NCBI GenBank assembly: GCA_965153455.1
Contig: OZ234494.1
Coordinates: forward strand, 2,914,001 to 2,978,000
Reading direction: 5' to 3'
From: Sphagnum compactum
Taxonomy: Eukaryota
DNA: 64,000 nt
Made by a program: the position numbers and the translations under genes. Shown here piece after piece: positions 35,511 through 50,715 of this stretch. The notes below the pieces were generated by a model. The model had not been told where the DNA came from and made no database searches. It saw only the letters and a list, made by a program, of their open reading frames with translations. Positions within the stretch are counted from its first letter, which is position 1, and every line of letters starts with the position of its first letter.

Positions 35511-38069
35511 CCCAAACCCCGCCCCCCCGCCCCCCTCCCAAAACCCTAAACCTAGACCCAACAAAATGCTAGACACAACACGTTTAAGGTCCAAGCTATG
35601 GATCAAATGTAATTTCTTTGGCATTGATTTTGGCAACATGTTAAATTACAAGAGCAAAAACAACATAGGAATTATGAACAAATTTGTTTAATAAGTCACT
35701 TGGAAGGGAATTGAACCCTAATTTTTCATTGAAGAAGAAGACCATGGCCCATAATCAATGCAAAGATGGTTATGTTTTGCTAGCACTACATGTCTTTTTT
35801 ATCGATTTATTTTGACTTATGAAACCATCTAGGTCAAAGGGCAATGATAAACCAACAATGAAGGTTATATATTAAAAAAAACACTTTTGAAATAAAAATT
35901 GCTAGCAATAAACTTACATCGACACAATTACACACAATTTGTGAATTAAGCTTCACTTGATGATTGTTTAGGTGAACATTTTAATCTTATTCAATAATGA
36001 TGTTCATTGGATTTGGTTAAATTATTCCAAACTCAATATGTTTTTTATCATTGGTTTTCATTACTTACGTCCCCATTACACAAACACAATCAAGTTTGGA
36101 AATAATAATCATCCACAAAATGGACATTATCATCCATCCATCCACACCATGACACACATAACATTGTGTGTTTTTCTAGATTTAATATCCATCAAAATGT
36201 ATAACTTGTATTTCATTTGGCAACAAAATGAACACCAAAAATCTTGAAGATACTACATATAACATTCTATTTATTGCATTTTTGCACATTATAATTGCCG
36301 TTTAAAAAACCAATTCTAATAATAAAAAAATGTGAAACAAATGATGGAAGGGTACCAAACAATGCGGTATTTCTTGAATGGTGAATGAAGTAGATCTTAC
36401 GAGTGATATTGAGAACTAGATTCCGATTCTAATTACACATGAAACCAAAACCGAAATATTTGTCTTTGGTGTCTTATTATAAACATGACTATAACAAAAC
36501 TATAATACTAGTTAAATATTATAGTGAAAGTTTTGTCGAATCTTAGAGATGCTCACACAACAATGGTGAAGACCCAAGATTTCATTTTGCAAGCTATTTT
36601 GTGTACCAAAAGCTCTCTCGACAAATTGTTGTAACACAAAAAGAGTAAAACTTGTTTCAAATCTTCTGAATCCCAAATTCCAATGGTACTTTATAATCAA
36701 TCCATCTATGTACAAAAATCTAAGCATCCTTCAAAAGATTCACAACAGAACCTAACCACCTATATAGCAAATCAATTTGAAAGTACCCATCTAGCAATTG
36801 GATTTAAATAGAAAGGCACCTTCTACAAAGTTGATGAAAGGACCCCACCATAGTACTCTGTGGGTTGCTTGTTCTATTAAGTTAGCATCTAGCATCCAGC
36901 AAAGGGTATGATGGTTGTTTGGTCGTTTAAAAAGATTAATATCGTATATGCTCTTAGTCCTACCAAGAAAGAATAAGATGGTTGGCTGTTCGATAAAAGT
37001 AATGAACATTGTAGATTCTAGGAGTGTTCATTAAGGTATCCAAGCTTTGCAGCGGCGGCCAAACACATATCTAGTTCTCATTATGCTAATCATGCACTCT
37101 TACCCTATTGGAATACATAGACACTCATACACATTAAGGTAGAGGCACTTAGAATTGTCAGAATAGAGCAATCCCCACTTCAGCCATCTTGTGTGACTTC
37201 TATATAGCAAATCAGAGATCCTTTGATCCATGGCTAACAAGTAGTACACTCAACACATTTGCTGTGACACATCTTACAAGTGGTTCACACTACAAGGTTT
37301 GTTAAGTCTTATCAAACCACCAAAGTAAAGTCCCGAAAATAACCCAAATGCTAAAGAAAACAAAATTCTCAGGGCTTTCAATTTTGTTCAAAACGACTTG
37401 ACTTTCTTCCAGTCTTATAGTTTGTGGAGATCGTAAAGGAAACTCATCCACGTGAAAAAAACAGATTTGTTGTAGGGCTCTGGCTGGAATGTGAGCAAAC
37501 CTGGACGATTTGGGTCTTGGGTGGTTGCATCAAGTCCTTGTCTCCAATCTTTTGGGCTAGCATGGAAAACAGGCCACACAAAACAGAAATGGTGATCAAA
37601 GGGTCACTTTCTAGTCTAAATTGAAAACTTCTGCATTTTCTAATGCCAGTTCTATGCCAATTCATATGCTGTTTTCATTTCACAAGGACACTAAGAACCT
37701 GAAAGAAAATACAGCTACACAGCAACTCTTGGGATGCAGGTACTGAAATAGTAGATATGGCATCAACATTGAAGAAACTGTCTTGGTGATTGTTGTAGAA
37801 ATTGAAAAACAAATGGATTTGAGAATGGGCTTTTGGATTCAACAACCAGTTTACTAGGGTGACAGTGGTGCATGTTCAATCCTTAAAAGACAAGTGCAAA
37901 TACAACATTCGTGGGACTTCATAAATGAAAAGTATCACAAGGCTCCCAAGATACGAAACTACAAATGACTGCAGTTCAATACACAATACATTGTGCATAT
38001 GTTGGCTATGCACATACAGATTACATCACCTACCAAAACTTGTTCCATCCTACATAACTGTTGGTCTAT

Positions 38070-41000
38070 CTATGCTGCCACTGCTGCTGCTGCAGGCCTC
38101 TTGCTTGTCTTGATGCCCCTTATGGCTGTACCAAGTCACATCAGGAAACATTGTGAGAACCACATTGTGAAGTGAAGAACATGGTCTCTGTTCCCAAAAC
38201 AGAAATCCAGAGAGAAATCGCTGAAACCTCTTCAGTGAGATATTAATCTTAGTATCATAGACCAGTAAACCAGAAAGTGGGTCAAAAATGGCAACAGCAA
38301 GTACTACATTGAGGTAAGAAGAACACAATAACATGGGAAACAGAATGGACAAGATCATCAATTAAAACAATCTCACATACCATCAGCATAACTTTTGGCT
38401 CCAAAGACAGCAGATCCTGCAACTAAGGCATTTGCTCCTGCCTCAATCACCTGTGTCATTCAAGGCTTGTCATATTGTTCATACAATCTATCTTTAAATT
38501 GAAATGATCCCCACAACAGAAAACCATTAGATGACTGCACCTCCAAAATAAGGAGATTTTCCATGTAAATCGAGAAGGATGTGAACAAATCTGATGTGCA
38601 ACCATAAGACTACCTTACTATGCAATAACCAAGAGATATCATAATCTAAATGCTCCTACAGAATAAAGCAGACTCAGACAAAAATGTAAACATCCTCCTG
38701 GGCTAACCCACAACAAAGTGACTATACAATATGAGAAAGTGAAAAAACATGGGAATCTTACACATACCTTGTAAGCATTGGTGGGAGTTACACCACCATC
38801 AACCTCAATCCATGGGTTCACACCCTGCATTTCATAACCCATGGTTCAGCTTACTGTATAAGGAAGGAAACTTGATCCTTCTGAAATGATGCTCAAGGCA
38901 CATTAAAATGAGAATGAATATCATATTTTCAAGTGGTGTCACTGTCAATAGACATCAATATTTGGCATAGTTGACAACTTAGAATACCAGCACTCTGCCC
39001 TGCAACTGTGAACAGCCTACATTCTTCAATTGCAAGTAAATGAATTGGGCAATGTGCCTCAAAAGTGAGCAATATAGCTGTTTTCAATTTCCTTATTTGG
39101 CAAGAGTTCTCCCACATGGAAACATATGATGATGGTTTTAGCACAGCCAAGCCCTGTTCATAGGGAGGTTGATCTAGGGCTTGAAAGTGGATTATTATAG
39201 AATTTTTTTAAAAAATCATCTGCACAACTCCTACTTTGCCCTATCATATACTTGAGTTCCAATTGATGATAAATTATTTTGTGAAAGGGCTGGAGTTATC
39301 ACCTTCTCTGCACATAATTTTCTAAGGTTGACAATCTTCTTGACTTGGCTCTCAATGAAACTCTGTCCTCCAAACCCAGGGTTGACAGACATGATCAAAA
39401 CTAGATCAACCGCTGTCACCCCAACACATAACCCAGTGAATATTCAAGCTGAGGCAACAATCACTAGTAAGAAGCTGGCATTTGATTCACAGATCTTGTA
39501 TCGATAGCCAAACTTCCTAAGTCCTGAACTAACAGCCAAGTTCATACATCTCCATCCAGCTGTAGACTGGCTCCTGGCTCCATGACTCTCTCAAAAAACT
39601 TCAACCTCCGTAACAGGCTTTTTCAATTGGCTTCCTGCTTATTTGGCATAGGACTGATCTCATGAGTGTTAGTGATATCAACCTTATAGTGACAACAGTA
39701 AAGAATGGCACATACAATCAAGAACATATTCAATGGCATCAAGAGATGTGCCAGGGTTGAGCACCACTCCTGCCTTAGCCCCCAGACTCTTGATCTGCAA
39801 ACAACAACACAAAGTAATTTACCACTGATTCAACATCCAATGCACACTTCACAGACAGATTTCCATTGGCATTTAAGAGAAGAAAGGTAAATGAAGCCCC
39901 CCACACTTTGATGCTTGCTGCAGCTGGGTTTGCTCCCTATTAAATGATTCTCAAGCTTCAATGGAGCCATTTCACCATATAGCCCCACAGACTGATTGGT
40001 TAGACTACATAACTGTACACCCAAAGATCACCACATGTGATGGATGTGCTTGCCTGGTTTACTGTCCTGTGCAAATGGATTGTAGCTGCATTCTCACAGT
40101 GAACTGAGACAATATCAGCACCAGCCTTGATGAAATCAGGCACACGCCGCTCAGGCTCAACAATCATCTGTGGACCCACCACAACATCAGTGACTAATGT
40201 ATTTCCTGTTGTCATACCTGGAGAATCAAAATAAAGCAAGGCGAGCTTGAGATTGCAGGAGACAAAACAAAGCAAAGCAAGTGCCCCTTGAGATTACAGG
40301 AGACAAGAAAAAGGAAAGCAGCAAAGCTCAGCATGCCCTGAGAAGTTGCGACAGGAGAGGACAGAGGAACAGACCAGATGAACATCAAGAGGAAGGTCAG
40401 TGACAGGACGCAATGCATCGACAACAAGAGGGCCAATTGTGATGTTGGGCACAAAGCGCCCATCCATGACATCCACATGAATCCAGTCACATCCTGCTTC
40501 CTCCACTGCCTTCACCTGTGACCTCCAAGCATCCCAATCCATCGGTCTTCAGGAGTCCAAACACATCCATAGTGAAATGTGCACAGAGCAGCAGATATAC
40601 AGGTTACCAATCCATCAATAGTTCACAGAATGGCACATGAGAACATGTCCATAACATACACAGCAAAGATTTCTCTCAGTGGAAACAAGCTCCATATATC
40701 AAAGGTTCTTCTTCGAGAGCACATAATTGTGGTAGTGAAATTGGCTACCTGCTCACCCAGCCTTGCAAAGTTTGCAGACAGAATTGATGGCGACACTATG
40801 ATGTCATCCTTTGAAAATCTGTCCACTCGTGATGCCTCTACCACTGGCATTGTTGCTGCTCTTCCACTGCAACCAAGAAACAAAGATGCGCATTTTTGCC
40901 TCTCAGCACTAATGCATCATTGAAGAAGCAATGCCACCTACGAGCTGAACCCTAAAATTTGGCCCTCCTCCAGAGAGGTTCAAAAGTTGCAAAAACCTAA

Positions 41001-41390
41001 TCGTTCGCGTGCTACACTTCTGCCTCCTCAGCACTGCCCATTATGTTCCTTACAGCCTTTAGAAGGCTCATGTTGCAAGACAGTTCTGCTCTCGTTTGAG
41101 GAGATTTCTAGCACGATTTAACGAGAGATTCGGAGCGACAAAATGGTTGAGCTCAGGAGGAAGAGAATCCAATCAATTGCTCAGCAGATTTTGCTGTCAA
41201 GATGCGGTGCAAACCTGGTGGAGACAGCGGCCTTTGAGAATCGCGCACAGTTGAGCTTAGCTCCCCAGAAAACATTCTGACAATCCCCAGTCGTCGCCTT
41301 CTGTGACGACGACGATGCGACCGTCGCTCCCACAGAGCCTGTTGCACATACCCCTTTAACTAAGGTCGTCGTCGCTGCCGCTGTCGCCAT
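38070..41390 (-). CDS. RPE: Ribulose-phosphate 3-epimerase, chloroplastic (9 coding exons, transit peptide)
   Basis: [61 protein letters not shown]. Last exon [18 protein letters not shown] (38125-38070). Confidence 0.96.
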
Positions 41391-43778
41391 ACCTCTTCCT
41401 TTACGTTAGCTCTCAAAACACCCCCTCCCCCCGCAACAACGCAGGCAATTCCCAGAAGCAGCAACAAGAACAAAAGCAGAACAGCACGCGCCTCTCAAGC
41501 TCAAGAAACCAGCTTCCAAAAAATGCCACAAAAATTTCAAACGGACACCGAATTTTTTGGGATTTTTTTCCTCAGATCGACAGCAATTCAAACCAGATCT
41601 TCCCAGAAGATCCACGCAATTTGCAACCAACAAGTTCGCGAATTGATGATGAGAAGAGAGGGGGAAGAGACGCACTTGTGCGGTAGAGAACCAGACGAAG
41701 AAGAAGAAGAAGAGGAAGAAGCAGCAGCAGCAGCTAAGGTTGAGACATTCCAGGAGTGAGCGAGTGACACGTGGTGGATTTTGATTGGCTTATTTTTTAA
41801 AACGAAACTTTGTGTGGCCATGGACGTTTCTGTTCATTTGCCCCAACCCAAGTCCAAGGGCTTGATTGTAGATGAAGTAATCTACTTTTCATCCATAAAA
41901 AGGCCGCTTTCTGTCCGTGAAGAGGGCCTGGTTATCAGAAATAGTTAGCCCTTTGGTGGCTTCAGAATAATAATAAAAATATTATTATTATTTTTTAGAA
42001 GGGCTGAAATTCCCAATTTTTATTTGAAAGAAAATTTTTTTTTGTGAAGGAAAATTAGGAAGCTTTTAGGCATATATATATATATATATATATATATTCT
42101 TATTTTCTTATTTTTTCAAATTGGAATCAAAAAATGGAATCAAAATTATTTGAAATGGAATTAAATTTTGAAAAAATAATAAAATTATTTTTAATAATAA
42201 TTTATTGTCATTTTAAATTTTTATAAATTAATTTGTGATGTAGTTGAAGTGGCATTCATCCATAAGATGATTTAGCCAGATTTGGCTACATACTACATAT
42301 GAAAGTAGAGAGAGAGAAAAAAAAAAAAAAGAACCATAATCTTTTTGTATCCTTGGGTACCTACTAGAGAACTTATCATAAAAAATTGGCAATTTGCAAT
42401 TTTTTTCTCTTTGAAATTTGGCAAATTTGTGTCATTTTTCCCATGAAAAATGCTTTGTATATGTATCACATCTTTCAAGCCAAAATTTGGCAAAATTTCA
42501 CCCACCCCAAAATAAAAACACCAAGGTGAACTAGCAATCCTCCACAAGAGAATTTAACCAAATTTGGTTCCATAAAATAGAAAAAAGTGGAATTTGTTTA
42601 TATGACAATGCTCGGACATAAATTTTGTTAATATTTCTAACAAATTCAACCTTTTTCTCCTTGAAATATGGTGACTTGGTGCCTTTTTTTTTTTGAAAAA
42701 AACTTTCTAAGATTTGTAGCCTTGCTTTTTATTTTCCAAATGGTGAAATTTTGCCCCCCAAAAAAATCTTGAAATCAATAGGTGCATTTTCATGTTCATG
42801 TTATCTATATTAAAATAATTAAATAATACTTGTTTCAAGCCTATATACTTATCCCATGCCTTCTATGCATGTACATGGACAAGAAAAGACACAATAAGGA
42901 TGTATTATTGAAAACCATATGAGCATATAAGAAGTGTAAAATGAAGAGGGGAAATTGGGGGCATGGGGGTTTTTCTTAGTTTGGAACTTTTCATAACCCT
43001 TCCTTGAGCTTGTTCTCTTTGTCCCATGAAAGTTGAAGAAATGTTCCTCTCCAATCCATGGCCTTTTCATCCCTCAAGAATCAATGAGAATTGAGAATGA
43101 TTTGCCCTCCAATGGATTTTAGGATGAAAATTCTTATGCCCAATGAAACACTAAAAGAGTTCCATCCTCTAATCAAATATGATGATAAACCTTGTATTAA
43201 AGCTAACATGTACATTTGGGCAACATGTAATACATGCATACATGTACATGTTATTTCATGTAACATGTAATACATAACATTGAATATGCTTGAACAATAA
43301 CAAACAAGAGTCCTACAACTATAACTATGTGAACTATGTTGAAATGGACTATTTTGGTCTTGGAAATAATATTTTTCAAGTACAATGAACATGCTTCCAA
43401 GGTTGTGTGTAGACTTAAGAAAAGTTGAAAAGGAACATAAATTTAACTCAAATTATCTATATAGAAAGTGCACAAGACTACCCAAAAAAAAAAAAAAAAA
43501 AAGTGCAAAAAAAGTTCAAATAGATATAGAGAGCTACAAAATTGTTGTGATTCAAAGGAGTAGCTCAAATGTAGCCAATCCCAACAAGTGAAAATTGTGT
43601 TATTTGCGTGCTTTGTTAAAATCAATGTTGAAGGTGAACTGCTTTACAATGACCAAAGATGCATTATACTTCAAATTCATGCATGCTCTCTAACTTCTCA
43701 TTTTATAAGCAATGCATTGTGCAAGTTTATTGAGATTTTATTGGTTTCTTCTAATGTCGAAAGATATGTGTTTATTTT

Positions 43779-44149
43779 GTTTGGTAGTTGTGATGTAAGG
43801 AGTCTATTGCAATGTAGCAAGGTTGGATTGTGTGGATGTAGTGGAGTGACGCGCTCCCAAGTCCCTAGTTAGTCCCAAGATGGGGCTAACTTGCTCAAGT
43901 TGCGGAAAATGGAGGGACTTGGGGCACGCTCCCAGCCTTCAGCACTAAAAGGGGTAGAGGGGTGTACTAAAGCCTCGGGATGGGACTAGGAAGAATGACA
44001 AGCTTACTTACTTATTCGAACCTGCATCAAAACCAACCAACAAGTTGGTTAGTTCACTTTCTGGATCAAACTTTCTGGTTAGTTTGGTAGTTGTGATGTA
44101 AGGAGTCTATTGCAATGTAGCAAGGTTGGATTGTGTGGATGTAGTGGAG
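43779..44149. repeat. 68-bp direct repeat (43779-43846, 44082-44149) flanking a 235-bp TG-starting LTR-like fragment
   Basis: gtttggtagttgtgatgtaagg...gatgtagtggag is duplicated; the insert begins tgacgcgctcccaag. Confidence 0.85.
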
Positions 44150-45310
44150 CATGGTTGCCTTGGATCAACAAACTCCTCAATGATTTTGGTTGTTTTGCAA
44201 GGCAAATTTGACAATTTGTAGTGAACATGCCCTAACCCTTCATAACAATTTTTTGTCTCGGCAAAGGATCACACCTTACTTGCTAGTTCCTTAGTTACAC
44301 ATAAGAATTTTTAAATGAATCACAATCATTTCAAAATGAGGCACCTTATGCATAAGGAGGTTCCTCTTCTCCTTTCAAATGGATCATAGTCATCCATTTA
44401 TATAGAAACAATATTAAATTATTTGTTCTTTACATTGTGTAAAAAAATTGCATGAGGTTGTTTTAGAAATTGGGGTCTTAGTAGTTAGGAGGGCCCTTGT
44501 GCCCGAAATAACTTCACTTTTTGTATGTAGTATAAAATACCTACATTTAAAACATTGGGAACATGGGAGTTCATTTTTATTTTGTTATGCCACTCCCATG
44601 TTCCCCATTTTTTTTTTGCACATTTCCTCATGTTCCCCACTATGTTCCAACAGTGGAATACTTTCGATTAATGTTAAGGAGGGGGCTTAGGGTTTGGTTA
44701 ATTTTAGCCCTTAGGTCACCTAAACCCAAGGGGTTTAGGTGACATAAGATATAAACCCCTTCCCCACAAGGCTATCCTAACAAAATGGGGTTAGATTAAT
44801 TTGTACCCAATACAATTGCTATACATTATGTTTTTAAAAACATTCTTCTACAAGTTCATGTTAGTTGTTCATCTTTTTTTTTAAAAGCCCTAAACATATT
44901 TTTCATAGATTTTTTTTATAAAAAAATTAGAAACATTCAAGCATATTTTTCATGAATATTTCTGAATATTTTCAAATTAAAATTTTAAAAAAATCTTTAT
45001 AATTTATTGTCTATGATAGCCATCAATTTCACCTTAGTACATTGTAATGAGTTAGGAGACAAATTCAACCAAACCTCGCTTACTCCTTACCACATAAAGC
45101 GTTTCAAAGCTTGATTTTTGCACACTTTTTAGGCATCTTAGATTTAGGAAGAACACTTTCTTCCCAAAAAATGCCAATTTTGACATAAATGCTGGCTCTA
45201 TTTTTATTAAAAAAACCACAACTCTAATTTTAACAAAATCTGCCTGCCCTCAAAACTTCCTTCATCCGGAACCGCATCGTGTTGTTTTATGCCAGCTAAA
45301 ACCCTGACAT

Positions 45311-45424
45311 TACATCCACAGACCTTGAGCTTCTACATCCACAGACCTTGTACTTTTACATCCACGGACCTTGTGCTTTGACATCCAGGGACCTTGTGCT
45401 TTTACATCCACAGACCTTGGGGCT
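45311..45424. repeat. 5 x 23-bp tandem repeat upstream of PDH-E1beta
   Basis: (t/g)acatcca..gaccttg units at 45311, 45334, 45357, 45380 and 45403. Confidence 0.9.
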
Positions 45425-46367
45425 TTTTTTTTTACCCTGACAGAGGCAAAAAGGCAGACGGACGGATGCCCTGCTTACTACTACCTACCAAGGCTTTTGA
45501 CCTTTTTACAGAGTGTAAAGTGCAATCCATCAGAACTCTCTGGTGCTGCTGCTGTTGCTAGTTAAATTAGTTGTTACTTTTTACTTTAAGTCCCCGAACA
45601 GTGGCGGACACGAATGTTTAGGCCTCGTACTCTACGCCCACCCGCGCACTTTTGTGGCCTCGTAGTTTACGCCCGCCGGGAATGCGGATTCTCATTTTCT
45701 CGAGTCTTTTTTCTCGTCTGCGTTTTTTCTTTGTCTCCTCTCGCGCACTTTTTTTTCGTCGTGCCTCGCTCGCCTTTCGCGTTGTTGTTGTTGTTGTTGT
45801 TGTGCCCGCCTTGTACTCTGCTCTCGACACCAACGCAAAGAGCGTAGCAGCAGGAGCTTCTTCTGATTGGTAAGAGAAAACCGAAACTATCCTCCTCTTC
45901 TTCTTTTTTCTTCCCGGTTTGGGGGCCGGATTGTGCATCTTTTTATCATGCGTGGATAGCAAGCTAGAGCACATTGCGATGTCCTCACATTTCATACATG
46001 AGCATTATCTATGCGCTACGGGAAGTTTTTTCTCTGGTGACACTATAGATGCTAGTGAAGGATGTAAAACAACAAGTCCTTTTCGCAAGATGTATGACAA
46101 CTGTGACTCTTAGTTTTTTCGGTTCTTTTTTATTGAGCTCCTTTGCACTCAAATCTATCTCCTCAACGGTCACCAGATTGTAGGTCAGCAAGAGCTGATT
46201 CCTAGCTCCTTGTGGTTTATTGATATGGATAGTTCAAGTTGGATTTCTCTCTCTAAATGTGACTGCCTCTTATTCACAACCTGCACTGGTTTGAATATCA
46301 TAGGCTGGTAAAGCCTGTCCATCCTATCACACCCGAGTGGAGTGGGAGAGGTGCAAAGAAGGACAAT

Positions 46368-48694
46368 ATGGCAATGGCATGCCAAGCATTAGCAGCCACG
46401 GCAGTTACAACAGGGAACGTCGTCCCTCTTGCTGCTTCATCTTCCTCCCACTTTCCTCGTTTGCAGCTGGTTACACCGATACTCTCACATGGTAACAACT
46501 CAAGAACTGCATCCATCTCACCACCATTCTGTCTTGTGCCTATATTACCGAGACCTAACCTTCCACCATAATGTGATTTGAACACTAAATTTGAGTTCTT
46601 TAGAACTGCCATCTGTATTTTGTGTCTTTTCAATCTGTTCTTGATCATTTCCCCTGATTGTGCATTACAGAATTGGGAAGGTGTAGACTTGCAACAAGAT
46701 CTTCAGCTACTAGTTACTTTGGCACTGCTCCCCAGAATCGTGGTACCACAAATGTAACAACCAATGCTGTTGCAGTGAGTAGAGCCTAACTTGAACGTGA
46801 AGATATGGTGTGTTCTGTAGTCTTGCCATTCAATGATCAAGGATTGTTCAAAGAAAGTGCAATGCCTCCTGAATTGATGCTATGAGTTTTTTTTTATGAC
46901 CCCCTAGTGAAGCAATGCATGTTATAAAACCATGAGGGCAGCTGCTTCTCTTAATGATGGCTGAATAGTCAGTCTGGGGCTCTTTCAAGTTTCAGGGACT
47001 GTTACTTATTCAGAGAGAGTGTAAAATTTGTTGGCCTGGGTTGAGCTGGGCATGATGTGATCCTCTTCCCATGGGTTCAGACGTTTGAGTGATGTGGATG
47101 CAGACAAAGGAAGCATCCACAAGCTCTGCAACCACAACTGGAGGGTAAGCTGTGACTATAATCCTGCAAAAATGCTTTGGGCTTCTCACTCTTGCAACTT
47201 TGTGTTATTAATGTACACATGTCCTTTCAAGACAGAGTGGTGGTCCTCACTATCCAATGGTTACTTCATTGATATCATAGTCAGCTGCTGCCAACTTTCT
47301 TTCTCTTTCTTGCATCTGTACCACTTTGTCCAGAGGAGTTAAGGTCATAGGATTTCAGTGAAATGTCTGGTCCTTGGAAGCTTCCCATCTGCATGGCTCT
47401 TGAGGGTCTGGTTTGTTTCATTGCATTCCTGTCTTGACTAAAAAAGCTGTGCTACAACTGATGACTACATTATTGTGGGCCCGATTTGTGGTATTTTAGC
47501 CATGAACTGCTGCTATTTGAGGCTCTTCGTGAGGGACTGGAAGAGGAATTGGACCGGGACCCAACTGTATGTGTCATTGGTGAGGATGTTGGTCACTATG
47601 GTGGCTCTTACAAGGTCACCAAGGGTTTTGCGGAAAAGTTTGGAGACTGGAGACTTCTGGATACACCTATTTGTGAGAACTCCTTCACTGGCATGGCCAT
47701 TGGAGCTGCTATGACAGGTCTACGGCCAGTTATCGAAGGTATGAACATGGGCTTTTTGCTTCTGGCCTACAACCAGATTGCCAACAACTGTGGCATGCTT
47801 CATTACACATCAGGGGGCCAATTCACAATCCCTGTGGTTATCAGGGGACCTGGAGGGGTGGGCAGGCAACTGGGTGCTGAACACTCTCAACGCCTGGAGT
47901 CTTACTTCCAATCTGTACCAGGCCTACAAATGGTGGCCTGTTCAACCCCATACAATGCCAAGGGGCTGATGAAGGCTGCCATACGCAGTGAAAACCCCGT
48001 AATTTTGTTTGAACATGTGCTGTTGTACAATTTGAAGGAGAAAATCCCTGATGAGGAATACACGTGCTGCCTGGAGGAGGCTGAACTGGTTCGACCTGGG
48101 GAGGATATTACTATCCTGACCTATTCTCGGATGCGTTACCACGTTACCCAGGTGTGTTGTTGGTTCTCTGGCTGTGCAGCTCATTGCATTTACAACCCAA
48201 TGAACTCTGGTAGTGTGACAAGATTCAGGATTCAAGAGTGACACACTACAGTAGAAGTTGAAAGTTCCATAATATATATGTGAGAATTTATGACTAAAGC
48301 TCGCACATATGCTTGTCTTTATCTGAGAGTGTAATGCTTCAGATGCTGGGGTTTTTTGAGCTTGCAGGCTGCTAAGACCCTGGTGAATAAGGGGTATGAC
48401 CCAGAGATCATTGACATTCGTTCATTGAAGCCATTTGACATGTACACCATAGGCCAGTCAGTGAAGAAGACACACCGAGTTCTGATTGTGGAGGAATGCA
48501 TGAGGACAGGAGGCATTGGGGCTAGTCTAAGGGCTGCGATCATGGAGAACTTTTTTGATGACTTGGATGCCCCCATTGGTTGCCTCTCATCACAGGATGT
48601 TCCAACCCCCTATTCTGGCCCTCTGGAGGAGCTGACTGTAGTTCAACCTCCCCAGATTGTAGCAGCTGTGGAACAGCTTTGCTCAAGAGAGTGA
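46368..48694 (+). CDS. PDH-E1beta: Pyruvate dehydrogenase E1 beta subunit, plastidial
   Basis: Exons 46368-46491, 46671-46774, 47104-47144, 47500-48151, 48368-48694. Motifs [52 protein letters not shown]. Ser/Thr/Ala-rich transit peptide. Confidence 0.96.
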
Positions 48695-50715
48695 CATGCA
48701 ACAGATGGATGAGAATATGTTAGTGTATGTCTCAGGGCAGTCGGGTACTCTACACAGCAGTAAAGATCAGGAATGAGGACTCTTAAACACATGTAAGAAG
48801 GGGATGGACTTCCTTTCATACGTCTACCCAACTATTTGTGTAAGCATGCAGAAGGACTGTCCAGTTGGGGTTCCAGAGGAGAACCTGTACGATTTTGTTC
48901 TCGAAAGGTGAGCTTTTGTGAGGCTATTTGTTTTGCTTCAGGTTTATGTTGGTCATAAGGATCTTTGTTAGGTGTAGCATAGCCAGCTCATTTCCCAGTT
49001 CAATTTCCCCATTTTACCATTGTTGACAGACTCCAATTGCAGCCAAATTCCAGCACCTGTGGTCTGTTTTTCCTGATCTTGGGGTTCCTACTTTTCTTGG
49101 TGCTAAGCACATCACATTTTTCAAAATCCATAATTTTCCTTATACTGAGCTATTCCACAAGCCTTGAACAGGGTTGGCAACTGCCAAAAACCTTGAACTG
49201 GTTTGTAAGATATGGGGATGTTTTGATTTTTTGTAGTTGTCTCTTTCATGTGGCTTGGCTTTTGTTTTCCCTGCAGCTTCTATCTCAAGATTAATGTTTC
49301 TCAAGGTTTTGTAGCTTGTTGAAAACTTCAGTGGAGATCAAGACAAATTGCCCTTGGAGGGGGCCAGTGGCAGCAACTATGTCCAGCAGCAGAGCAATAT
49401 ATGCAAGGTTTGTTACCAATCTTCCCTGAATTGAGGGTGGATGCTGACACCCAAGTAGGACAATTTCTTTGCACTGTGTTAGAACTTTAACATCAAGCCA
49501 ATAGCCCAAGTGGTTGAAGAAACAGCATTTTGGTCTGCACACCCCACAAGAGGGTGTGAACTATAATTGCGGACTTAGATCTGGCAATTTGGGTGGAGTG
49601 TCAAAAGGCTTCTGGGAGGAAGTTAACAGTAGATGACGATTTCTACCCTTTGTTGAGATAGGCAAGGTAGCTAATGTTTTGTAGGTATAGTAATGATCAT
49701 CCTTGGGACTTTCTTGGACTTTCTGGGACTTTTGTATGTTGGTTAATGTTCCACATTAACCTATAGCCATTTCCAGGAACTGATGAATCAGTGGGGACAT
49801 TATGGTAGGTGGTTTTCAATGCTGTACATGTTCTGTTGAAGGTCCCTGAACATGTCTCTGATTGTCACTGTTGTTTGAATTCTGTTGTGTTCTTATTTTC
49901 TCTTTCCTTGAGAGTGGGATGGCCATATTTTTTCATCATTTTTGCTGATTGTTGCTGGCTTTTTGGGTCAGCTCTGAGATCTCCATTACCTTATCATAAG
50001 GTCTCTCCATTCTTTTCAGATTGGCTACTTTCGTGAGTATCAAAAAGTTCAAAGTACTTATGAAGAGACTCTTGTATAAGTTGTTGCTTGCAAGTAGATG
50101 GTCCCTGAACAAGTGAGACTGGCACATTTGTTCATACATCTTGTTTTTATTGTTTCTTCATTCTAGTTCTTCCCATCCATGTTGTTCCTGCTTCTGAAAG
50201 TCTTTATCTGGAAGTCTGTCTTTGATTTCAAGGAAAAGTTTAAACCTTGGTCCAGCCTTTTCTTAATCACCAGTATGGAAGTTTATTGATTTCTCCTGAG
50301 AGTTATTGTTGCTTGAAAGTTTGAGGAGATTATTCAAACACATGTTGGGATTCATGATATCAAGGTGGAGGATTGCTAGCTACTCAGTTACAATTGATGA
50401 CGAAGATGATGGTGGCAGGTTGAACCTTAAGGCCCCTTCCACATTGTAGCATTGTAAAGAGAGAGTGTGGTCAAAAACCTCGTTGAATATCCAAATGGGA
50501 GCCAAGATAATGCAAGAGCAATTGAAGCTCATGATGCCCACAAGTATCTCAAAACAGAACAGACACGCACAGAAGTGCCCATGCAACTGAGAATAAAGTG
50601 TCCTGACACAACAACTACATGGTGCTTCAGAAATGGGTTCATACGATACGTTTAAACAACAGCAACTAGAAGGCGCGCTCCTTCATGACAAAAAACAAAC
50701 AAGATATATCCATAA

